Shown one piece after another: positions 9,801 through 22,389 of a stretch of DNA of 64,000 bases. A program made the position numbers and the translations under genes. The stretch spans positions 14,938,587 through 15,002,586 of the forward strand of contig CM120648.1 in NCBI GenBank assembly GCA_051362555.1. The letters are read 5' to 3'. Below the pieces are notes generated by a model. That model saw only the letters and a list, made by a program, of their open reading frames with translations, was not told the origin of the DNA and made no database searches. The number at the start of each line of letters is the position of its first letter. The first letter of the stretch is position 1. Source of the stretch: Lingula anatina. Lineage: Eukaryota; Animalia; Brachiopoda.

Positions 9801-12800
9801 TACAAGATGCCGATTCCTCCTTACAGTGGGTTTCTGGAATCGGTCCGTTAGCACACCATTTGACCATGTCCTAAATCTTCCCACATATTATGTATTGTAC
9901 ACATGGATGAGACATAGCGCTGCTCTTGATGTTGTCTCTCAATGCCTGTTTTTTTCTTAGCCATGAAGAGACAGAAAGAGCCTGCCAACCAAGAAGCCAC
10001 AAGGCTGCAATATGGAAGGTTTACCTGGAAAAAGGGCAAATTTCATGGAATAAAATAGTTAAATGTTATTAATTTTGACAAATATGGTCTAATGTTTGTG
10101 AAATTTGTATAAATGATGCCTAATAACAATAAAAATCTGACATAAGCTTATCAATTGACTGTGTGTAATGAAAACTATTTTTCGGACGATATATTGAAGA
10201 AAACTGAAAATAACGTTGAAAACAAAGGCAAATTTCAAGGATTAAAATAGTTAAATGTTAATAATTTTGACAAATGTGGTCTAATGTTTCTGAAATATGT
10301 ACATATGATGCCTAACAACTGTAAAAATCTGACATAGGCTTATCAATTGACTGTGTGTAATGAAAACTACTTTTCGGACATTATACTGAAGAAAACCGAT
10401 AATAATGTGAAAACAGAGGCAAATTTCAAGGATTAAAATAGTTAAATGTTAATAATTTTGACAAATGTGGTCTAATATTTGTGAAATTTGTACAAATGAT
10501 GCTTAACAACTGTAAAAATCTGAGATAAGATTATCAGTTGCCTGAGTCTAATGAAACAGATTTTTTCACACAATATATCTGAGAAAACTGAAAATTACAT
10601 TGAAATCAATGGCAAATGAAAGCCTTAAAATAGTTAAACATTAATAATTGTGACAAAACTGGTCCAATCTTTGTGAAATTTGTGTAAATGATGCTTTACA
10701 ACAATAAAAATATGAGAAAAGCTTATCACGCCCTGTGTCTATTTTAAGTTTTTTTTATTGCCAATTCATATCAGAAGAGTGAGAATTTACGAAAACAAAT
10801 ATTTCAATATTCCAATAAATCATTTTATCTCAAATAAAACATCAAATGTGATGACTTGTGTTTGTTTGTGTAGAAAGTGGCAAATTACCTATTATTGTCT
10901 TCTGACATACAACATATACCCATTCAAGACTTCTCCTTACTACCAATACAAGATGCCGATTCCTCCTTACAGTGGGTTTCTGGAATCGGTCCGTTAGCAC
11001 ACCATTTGACAATGTCCTAAATCTTCCCACATATTATGTATTGTACACATGGATGAGACATAGCGCTGCTCTTGATGTTGTCTCTCAATGCCTGTTTTTT
11101 TCTTAGCCATGAAGAGACAGAAAGAGCCTGCCAACCAAAAAGCCACAAGGCTGCAATATGGAAGGTTTACCTGGAAAAAGGGCAAATTTCATGGAATAAA
11201 ATAGTTAAATGTTATTAATTTTGACAAATATGGTCTAATGTTTGTGAAATTTGTATAAATGATGCCTAATAACAATAAAAATCTGACATAAGCTTATCAA
11301 TTGACTGTGTGTAATGAAAACTATTTTTCGGATATATTGAAGAAAACTGAAAATAACGTTGAAAACAAAGGCAAATTTCAAGGATTAAAATAGTTAAATG
11401 TTAATAATTTTGACAAATGTGGTCTAATGTTTCTGAAATTTGTACATATGATGCCTAATAACAATAAAAATCTGACATAAGCTTATCAATTGACTGTGTG
11501 TAATGAAAACTACTTTTCGGACATTATACTGAAGAAAACCGATAATAATGTGAAAACAGAGGCAAATTTCAAGGATTAAAATAGTTAAATGTTAATAATT
11601 TTGACAAATGTGGTCTAATATTTGTGAAATTTGTACAAATGATGCTTAACAACTGTAAAAATCTGAGATAAGATTATCAGTTGCCTGAGTCTAATGAAAC
11701 AGATTTTTTCACACAATATATCTGAGAAAACTGAAAATTACATTGAAATCAATGGCAAATTATAGCCTTAAAATAGTTAAACATTAATAATTTTGACAAA
11801 ACTGGTCCAATCTTTGTGAAATTTGTGTAAATGATGCTTTACAACAATAAAAATATGAGAAAAATTTATCACGCCCTGTGTCTATTTTAAGTTTTTTTTT
11901 ATTGCCAATTCATATCAGAAGAGTGAGAATTTACGAAAACAAATATTTCAATATTCCAATAAATCATTTTATCTCAAATAAAAAAATCAAATGTGATGAT
12001 TTGTGTTTGTTTGTGTAGGAAGTGGCAAATTACCTATTATTGTCTTCTGAAAAACAACATATACCCATTCAAGACTTCTCCTTACTACCAATACAAGATG
12101 CCAATTCCTCCTTACAGTGGGTTTCTGGAATCGGTCCGTTAGCACACCATTTGACCATGTCCTAAATCTTCCCACATATTATGTATTGTACACATGAATG
12201 AGACATAGCACTGCTCTTGATGTTGTCTCTCAATGCCTGTTTTTTTCTTAGCCATGAAGAGACAGAAAGAGTCTGCCAACCAAGAAGCCACAAGGCTGCA
12301 ATATGGAAGGTTTACCTGGAAAAAGGGCAAATTACATGGAATAAAATAGTTAAATGTTAATTATTTTGACAAATATGGTCTAATGTTTGTGAAATTTGTA
12401 CAAATAATGCCTAATAACAATAAAAATCTGACATAAGCTTATCAATTGACTGTGTGTAATGAAAACTATTTTTCGGACAATATACTGAAGAAAACCGAAA
12501 ATAACGTTGAAAACAGAGGCAAATTTCAAGGATTAAAATAGTTAAATGTTAATAATTTTGACAAATGTAGTCTAATATTTGTGAAATTTGTACAAATGAT
12601 GCTTAACAACTGTAAAAATCTGACATAGGCTTATCAATTGACTGTGTGTAATGAAAACTACTTTTCGGACATTATACTGAAGAAAACCGATAATAATGTG
12701 AAAACAGAGGCAAATTTCAAGGATTAAAATAGTTAAATGTTAATAATTTTGACAAATGTGGTCCAATATTTGTGAAATTTGTACAAATGATGCTTGACAA

Positions 12801-13012
12801 CTGTAAAAATCTGAGATAAGATTATCAGTTGCCTGAGTCTAATGAAACGGATTTTTTCACACAATATATCTGAGAAAACTGAAAATTACATTGAAATCAA
12901 TGGCAAATTATATGCCTTAAAATAGTTAAACATTAATAATTTTGACAAAACTGGTCCAATCTTTGTGAAATTTGTGTAAATGATGCTTTACAACAATAAA
13001 AATATGAGAAAA

Positions 13013-13969
13013 ATTTATCACGCCCTGTGTCTATTTTAAGTTTTTTTTTATTGCCAATTCATATCAGAAGAGTGAGAATTTACGAAAACAAATATTTCAA
13101 TATTCCAATAAATCATTTTATCTCAAATAAAACATCAAATGTGATGACTTGTGTTTGTTTGTGTAGAAAGTGGCAAATTACCTATTATTGTCTTCTGACA
13201 TACAACATATACCCATTCAAGACTTCTCCTTACTACCAATACAAGATGCCGATTCCTCCTTACAGTGGGTTTCTGGAATCGGTCCGTTAGCACACCATTT
13301 GACCATGTCCTAAATCTTCCCACATATTATGTATTGTACACATGAATGAGACATAGCACTGCTCTTGATGTTGTCTCTCAATGCCTGTTTTTTTCTTAGC
13401 CATGAAGAGACAGAAAGAGTCTGCCAACCAAGAAGCCACAAGGCTGCAATATGGAAGGTTTACCTGGAAAAAGGGCAAATTACATGGAATAAAATAGTTA
13501 AATGTTAATTATTTTGACAAATATGGTCTAATGTTTGTGAAATTTGTACAAATGATGCCTAATAACAATAAAAATCTGACATAAGCTTATCAATTGACTG
13601 TGTGTAATGAAAACTATTTTTCGGACAATATATTGAAGAAAACCGAAAATAACGTTGAAAACAGAGGCAAATTTCAAGGATTAAAATAGTTAAATGTTAA
13701 TAATTTTGACAAATGTGGTCTAATATTTGTGAAATTTGTACAAATGATGCTTAACAACTGTAAAAATCTGAGATAAGATTATCAGTTGCCTGAGTCTAAT
13801 GAAACAGATTTTTTCACACAATATATCTGAGAAAACTGAAAATTACATTGAAATCAATGGCAAATTATATGCCTTAAAATAGTTAAACATTAATAATTTT
13901 GACAAAACTGGTCCAATCTTTGTGAAATTTGTGTAAATGATGCTTTACAACAATAAAAATATGAGAAAA
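13013..13969 (+). repeat. 5-mer variant unit (957 bp; one monomer lost)
   Basis: Landmark spacing 13027 to 13984 = 957 = 1,148 - 191. The same spacing starts at 22404, 43226, 49157 and 55088. Confidence 0.95.
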
Positions 13970-15499
13970 ATTTATCACGCCCTGTGTCTATTTTAAGTTT
14001 TTTTTTATTGCCAATTCATATCAGAAGAGTGAGAATTTACGAAAACAAATATTCCAATATTCCAATAAATCATTTTATCTCAAATAAAACATCAATTGTG
14101 ATGACTTGTGTTTGTTTGTGTAGAAAGTGGCAAATTACCTATTATTGTCTTCTGACATACAACATATACCCATTCAAGACTTCTCCTTACTACCAATACA
14201 AGATGCCGATTCCTCCTTACAGTGGGTTTCTGGAATCGGTCCGTTAGCACACCATTTGACCATGTCCTAAATCTTCCCACATATTATGTATTGTACACAT
14301 GGATGAGACATAGTGCTGCTCTTGATGTTGTCTCTCAATGCCTGTTTTTTTCTTAGCCATGAAGAGACAGAAAGAGCCTGCCAACCAAGAAGCCACAAGG
14401 CTGCAATATGGAAGGTTTACCTGGAAAAAGGGCAAATTTCATGGAATAAAATAGTTAAATGTTATTAATTTTGACAAATATGGTCTAATGTTTGTGAAAT
14501 TTGTATAAATGATGCCTTATAACAATAAAAATCTGACATAAGCTTATCAATTGACTGTGTGTAATGAAAACTATTTTTCGGACAATATATTGAAGAAAAC
14601 TGAAAATAACGTTGAAAACAAAGGCAAATTTCAAGGATTAAAATAGTTAAATGTTAATAATTTTGACAAATGTGGTCTAATGTTTCTGAAATTTGTACAT
14701 ATGATGCCTAACAACTGTAAAAATCTGACATAGGCCTATCAATTGACTGTGTGTAATGAAAACTACTTTTCGGACATTATACTGAAGAAAACCGATAATA
14801 ATGTGAAAACAGAGGCAAATTTCAAGGATTAAAATAGTTAAATGTTAATAATTTTGACAAATGTGGTCTAATGTTTCTGAAATTTGTACATATGATGCCT
14901 AACAACTGTAAAAATCTGACATAGGCCTATCAATTGACTGTGTGTAATGAAAACTACTTTTCGGACATTATACTGAAGAAAACCGATAATAATGTGAAAA
15001 CAGAGGCAAATTTCAAGGATTAAAATAGTTAAATGTTAATAATTTTGACAAATGTAGTCTAATATTTGTGAAATTTGTACAAATGATGCTTAACAACTGT
15101 AAAAATCTGACATAGGCCTATCAATTGACTGTGTGTAATGAAAACTACTTTTCGGACAATATACTGAAGAAAACCGATAATAATGTGAAAACAGAGGCAA
15201 ATTTCAAGGATTAAAATAGTTAAATGTTAATAATTTTGACAAATGTGGTCTAATATTTGTGAAATTTGTACAAATGATGCTTAACAACTGTAAAAATCTG
15301 AGATAAGATTATCAGTTGCCTGAGTCTAATGAAACAGATTTTTTCACACAATATATCTGAGAAAACTGAAAATTACATTGAAATCAATGGCAAATTATAT
15401 GCCTTAAAATAGTTAAACATTAATAATTTTGACAAAACTGGTCCAATCTTTGTGAAATTTGTGTAAATGATGCTTTACAACAATAAAAATATGAGAAAA
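13970..15499 (+). repeat. 8-mer variant unit (1,530 bp; two extra monomers)
   Basis: Landmark spacing 13984 to 15514 = 1,530 = 1,148 + 382. Three consecutive ataggcctat-marked monomers lie at 14730, 14921 and 15112. Confidence 0.95.
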
Positions 15500-18400
15500 A
15501 TTTATCACGCCCTGTGTCTATTTTAAGTTTTTTTTTATTGCCAATTCATATCAGAAGAGTGAGAATTTACGAAAACAAATATTCCAATATTCCAATAAAT
15601 CATTTTATCTCAAATAAAACATCAATTGTGATGACTTGTGTTTGTTTGTGTAGAAAGTGGCAACTTACCTATTATTGTCTTCTGAAAAACAACATATACC
15701 CATTCAAGACTTCTCCTTACTACCAATACAAGATGCCGATTCCTCCTTACAGTGGGTTTCTGGAATCGGTCCGTTAGCACACCATTTGACAATGTCCTAA
15801 ATCTTCCCACATATTATGTATTGTACACATGGATGAGACATAGCGCTGCTCTTGATGTTGTCTCTCAATGCCTGTTTTTTTCTTAGCCATGAAGAAACAG
15901 AAAGAGCCTGCCAACCAAAAAGCCACAAGGCTGCAATATGGAAGGTTTACCTGGAAAAAGGGCAAATTTCATGGAATAAAATAGTTAAATGTTATTAATT
16001 TTGACAAATATGGTCTAATGTTTGTGAAATTTGTATAAATGATGCCTAATAACAATAAAAATCTGACATAAGCTTATCAATTGACTGTGTGTAATGAAAA
16101 CTATTTTTCGGACAATATATTGAAGAAAACTGAAAATAACGTTGAAAACAAAGGCAAATTTCAAGGATTAAAATAGTTAAATGTTAATAATTTTGACAAA
16201 TGTGGTCTAATGTTTCTGAAATTTGTACATATGATGCCTAATAACAATAAAAATCTGACATAAGCTTTTCAATTGACTGTGTGTAATGAAAACTATTTTT
16301 TGGACAATATACTGAAGAAAACCGAAAATAACGTTGAAAACAGAGGCAAATTATAAGGATTAAAATAGTTAAATGTTAATAATTTTGACAAATGTAGTCA
16401 AATATTTGTGAAATTTGTACAAATGATGCTTAACAACTGTAAAAATCTGAGATAAGATTATCAGTTGCCTGAGTCTAATGAAACAGATTTTTTCACACAA
16501 TATATTTGAGAAAACTGAAAATTACATTGAAATCAATGGCAAGTTATATGGCTTAAAATAGTTAAACATTAATAATTGTGACAAAACTGGTCCAATCTTT
16601 GTGAAATTTGTGTAAATGATGCTTTACAACAATAAAAATATGAGAAAAATTTATCACGCCCTGTGTCTATTTTAAGTTTTTTTTTATTGCCAATTCATAT
16701 CAGAAGAGTGAGAATTTACGAAAACAAATATTTCAATATTCCAATAAATCATTTTATCTGAAATAAAAAAATCAAATGTGATGATTTGTGTTTGTTTGTG
16801 TAGGAAGTGGCAAATTACCTATTATTGTCTTCTGAAAAACAACATATACCCATTCAAGACTTCTCCTTACTACCAATACAAGATGCCAATTCCTCCTTAC
16901 AGTGGGTTTCTGGAATCGGTACGTTAGCACACCATTTGACCATGTCCTAAATCTTCCCACATATTATGTATTGTACACATGAATGAGACATAGCACTGCT
17001 CTTGATGTTGTCTCTCAATGCCTGTTTTTTTCTTAGCCATGAAGAGACAGAAAGAGTCTGCCAACCAAGAAGCCACAAGGCTGCAATATGGAAGGTTTAC
17101 CTGGAAAAAGGGCAAATTACATGGAATAAAATACTTAAATGTTAATTATTTTGACAAATATGGTCTAATGTTTGTGAAATTTGTACAAATAATGCCTAAT
17201 AACAATAAAAATCTGACATAAGCTTATCAATTGACTGTGTGTAATGAAAACTATTTTTCGGACAATATACTGAAGAAAACCGAAAATAACGTTGAAAACA
17301 GAGGCAAATTTCAAGGATTAAAATAGTTAAATGTTAATAATTTTGACAAATGTAGTCTAATATTTGTGAAATTTGTACAAATGATGCTTAACAACTGTAA
17401 AAATCTGACATAGGCTTATCAATTGACTGTGTGTAATGAAAACTACTTTTCGGACATTATACTGAAGAAAACCGATAATAATGTGAAAACAGAGGCAAAT
17501 TTCAAGGATTAAAATAGTTAAATGTTAATAATTTTGACAAATGTGGTCCAATATTTGTGAAATTTGTACAAATGATGCTTGACAACTGTAAAAATCTGAG
17601 ATAAGATTATCAGTTGCCTGAGTCTAATGAAACGGATTTTTTCACACAATATATCTGAGAAAACTGAAAATTACATTGAAATCAATGGCAAATTATATGC
17701 CTTAAAATAGTTAAACATTAATAATTTTGACAAAACTGGTCCAATCTTTGTGAAATTTGTGTAAATGATGCTTTACAACAATAAAAATATGAGAAAAATT
17801 TATCACGCCCTGTGTCTATTTTAAGTTTTTTTTTATTGCCAATTCATATCAGAAGAGTGAGAATTTATGAAAACAAATATTTCAATATTCCAATAAATCA
17901 TTTTATCTCAAATAAAACATCAAATGTGATGACTTGTGTTTGTTTGTGTAGAAAGTGGCAAATTACCTATTATTGTCTTCTGACATACAACATATACCCA
18001 TTCAAGACTTCTCCTTACTACCAATACAAGATGCCGATTCCTCCTTACAGTGGTTTTCTGGAATTGGTCCGTTAGCACACCATATGACCATGTCCTAAAT
18101 CTTCCCACATATTATGTATTGTACACATGAATGAGACATAGCACTGCTCTTGATGTTGTCTCTCAATGCCTGTTTTTTTCTTAGCCATGAAGAGACAGAA
18201 AGAGTCTGCCAACCAAGAAGCCACAAGGCTGCAATATGGAAGGTTTACCTGGAAAAAGGGCAAATTACATGGAATAAAATAGTTAAATGTTCATTATTTT
18301 GACAAATATGGTCTAATGTTTGTGAAATTTATACAAATGATGCCTAATAAGAATAAAAATCTGACATAAGCTTATCAATTGACTGTGTGTAATGAAAACT

Positions 18401-21400
18401 ATTTTTCGGACAATATATTGAAGAAAACCGAAAATAACGTTGAAAACAGAGGCAAATTTCAAGGATTAAAATAGTTAAATGTTAATAATTTTGACAAATG
18501 TAGTCTAATATTTGTGAAATTTGTACAAATGATGCTTAACAACTGTAAAAATCTGACATAGGCTTATCAATTGACTGTGTGTAATGAAAACTACTTTTCG
18601 GACAATATACTGAAGAAAACCGATAATAATGTGAAAACAGAGGCAAATTTCAAGGATTAAAATAGTTAAATGTTAATAATTTTGACAAATGTGGTCTAAT
18701 ATTTGTGAAATTTGTACAAATGATGCTTAACAACTGTAAAAATCTGAGATAAGATTATCAGTTGCCTGAGTCTAATGAAACAGATTTTTTCACACAATAT
18801 ATCTGAGAAAACTGAAAATTACATTGAAATCAATGGCAAATTATATGCCTTAAAATAGTTAAACATTAATAATTTTGACAAAACTGGTCCAATCTTTGTG
18901 AAATTTGTGTAAATGATGCTTTACAACAATAAAAATATGAGAAAAATTTATCACGCCCTGTGTCTATTTTAAGTTTTTTTTTATTGCCAATTCATATCAG
19001 AAGAGTGAGAATTTACGAAAACAAATATTCCAATATTCCAATAAATCATTTTATCTCAAATAAAACATCAATTGTGATGACTTGTGTTTGTTTGTGTAGA
19101 AAGTGGCAAATTACCTATTATTGTCTTCTGACATACAACATATACCCATTCAAGACTTCTCCTTACTACCAATACAAGATGCCGATTCCTCCTTACAGTG
19201 GGTTTCTGGAATCGGTCCGTTAGCACACCATTTGACCATGTCCTAAATCTTCCCACATATTATGTATTGTACACATGGATGAGACATAGCGCTGCTCTTG
19301 ATGTTGTCTCTCAATGCCTGTTTTTTTCTTAGCCATGAAGAGACAGAAAGAGCCTGCCAACCAAGAAGCCACAAGGCTGCAATATGGAAGGTTTACCTGG
19401 AAAAAGGGCAAATTTCATGGAATAAAATAGTTAAATGTTATTAATTTTGACAAATATGGTCTAATGTTTGTGAAATTTGTATAAATGATGCCTAATAACA
19501 ATAAAAATCTGACATAAGCTTATCAATTGACTGTGTGTAATGAAAACTATTTTTCGGACGATATATTGAAGAAAACTGAAAATAACGTTGAAAACAAAGG
19601 CAAATTTCAAGGATTAAAATAGTTAAATGTTAATAATTTTGACAAATGTGGTCTAATGTTTCTGAAATATGTACATATGATGCCTAACAACTGTAAAAAT
19701 CTGACATAGGCTTATCAATTGACTGTGTGTAATGAAAACTACTTTTCGGACATTATACTGAAGAAAACCGATAATAATGTGAAAACAGAGACAAATTTCA
19801 AGGATTAAAATAGTTAAATGTTAATAATTTTGACAAATGTGGTCTAATATTTGTGAAATTTGTACAAATGATGCTTAACAACTGTAAAAATCTGAGATAA
19901 GATTATCAGTTGCCTGAGTCTAATGAAACAGATTTTTTCACACAATATATCTGAGAAAACTGAAAATTACATTGAAATCAATGGCAAATTAAAGCCTTAA
20001 AATAGTTAAACATTAATAATTGTGACAAAACTGGTCCAATCTTTGTGAAATTTGTGTAAATGATGCTTTACAACAATAAAAATATGAGAAAAGCTTATCA
20101 CGCCCTGTGTCTATTTTAAGTTTTTTTTTATTGCCAATTCATATCAGAAGAGTGAGAATTTACGAAAACAAATATTTCAATATTCCAATAAATCATTTTA
20201 TCTCAAATAAAACATCAAATGTGATGACTTGTGTTTGTTTGTGTAGAAAGTGGCAAATTACCTATTATTGTCTTCTGACATACAACATATACCCATTCAA
20301 GACTTCTCCTTACTACCAATACAAGATGCCGATTCCTCCTTACAGTGGGTTTCTGGAATCGGTCCGTTAGCACACCATTTGACAATGTCCTAAATCTTCC
20401 CACATATTATGTATTGTACACATGGATGAGACATAGCGCTGCTCTTGATGTTGTCTCTCAATGCCTGTTTTTTTCTTAGCCATGAAGAGACAGAAAGAGC
20501 CTGCTAACCAAAAAGCCACAAGGCTGCAATATGGAAGGTTTACCTGGAAAAAGGGCAAATTTCATGGAATAAAATAGTTAAATGTTATTAATTTTGACAA
20601 ATATGGTCTAATGTTTGTGAAATTTGTATAAATGATGCCTAATAACAATAAAAATCTGACATAAGCTTATCAATTGACTGTGTGTAATGAAAACTATTTT
20701 TCGGACAATATATTGAAGAAAACTGAAAATAACGTTGAAAACAAAGGCAAATTTCAAGGATTAAAATAGTTAAATGTTAATAATTTTGACAAATGTGGTC
20801 TAATGTTTCTGAAATTTGTACATATGATGCCTAATAACAATAAAAATCTGACATAAGCTTTTCAATTGACTGTTTGTAATGAAAACTATTTTTTGGACAA
20901 TATACTGAAGAAAACCGAAAATAACGTTGAAAACAGAGGCAAATTATAAGGATTAAAATAGTTAAATGTTAATAATTTTGACAAATGTAGTCAAATATTT
21001 GTGAAATTTGTACAAATGATGCTTAACAACTGTAAAAATCTGAGATAAGATTATCAGTTGCCTGAGTCTAATGAAACAGATTTTTTCACACAATATATTT
21101 GAGAAAACTGAAAATTACATTGAAATCAATGGCAAGTTATATGGCTTAAAATAGTAAAACATTAATAATTGTGACAAAACTGGTCCAATCTTTGTGAAAT
21201 TTGTGTAAATGATGTTTTACAACAATAAAAATATGAGAAAAGCTTATCACGCCCTGTGTCTATTTTAAGTTTTTTTTTATTGCCAATTCATATCAGAAGA
21301 GTGAGAATTTACGAAAACAAATATTTCAATATTCCAATAAATCATTTTATCTCAAATAAAACATCAAATGTGATGACTTGTGTTTGTTTGTGTAGAAAGT

Positions 21401-22389
21401 GGCAAATTACCTATTATTGTCTTCTGACATACAACATATACCCATTCAAGACTTCTCCTTACTACCAATACAAGATGCCGATTCCTCCTTACAGTGGGTT
21501 TCTGGAATCGGTCCGTTAGCACACCATTTGACCATGTCCTAAATCTTCCCACATATTATGTATTGTACACATGAATGAGACATAGCACTGCTCTTGATGT
21601 TGTCTCTCAATGCCTGTTTTTTTCTTAGCCATGAAGAGACAGAAAGAGTCTGCCAACCAAGAAGCCACAAGGCTGCAATATGGAAGGTTTACCTGGAAAA
21701 AGGGCAAATTACATGGAATAAAATAGTTAAATGTTAATTATTTTGACAAATATGGTCTAATGTTTGTGAAATTTGTACAAATAATGCCTAATAACAATAA
21801 AAATCTGACATAAGCTTATCAATTGACTGTGTGTAATGAAAACTATTTTTCGGACAATATACTGAAGAAAACCGAAAATAACGTTGAAAACAGAGGCAAA
21901 TTTCAAGGATTAAAATAGTTAAATGTTAATAATTTTGACAAATGTAGTCTAATATTTGTGAAATTTGTACAAATGATGCTTAACAACTGTAAAAATCTGA
22001 CATAGGCTTATCAATTGACTGTGTGTAATGAAAACTACTTTTCGGACATTATACTGAAGAAAACCGATAATAATGTGAAAACAGAGGCAAATTTCAAGGA
22101 TTAAAATAGTTAAATGTTAATAATTTTGACAAATGTGGTCCAATATTTGTGAAATTTGTACAAATGATGCTTGACAACTGTAAAAATCTGAGATAAGATT
22201 ATCAGTTGCCTGAGTCTAATGAAACGGATTTTTTCACACAATATATCTGAGAAAACTGAAAATTACATTGAAATCAATGGCAAATTATATGCCTTAAAAT
22301 AGTTAAACATTAATAATTTTGACAAAACTGGTCCAATCTTTGTGAAATTTGTGTAAATGATGCTTTACAACAATAAAAATATGAGAAAA

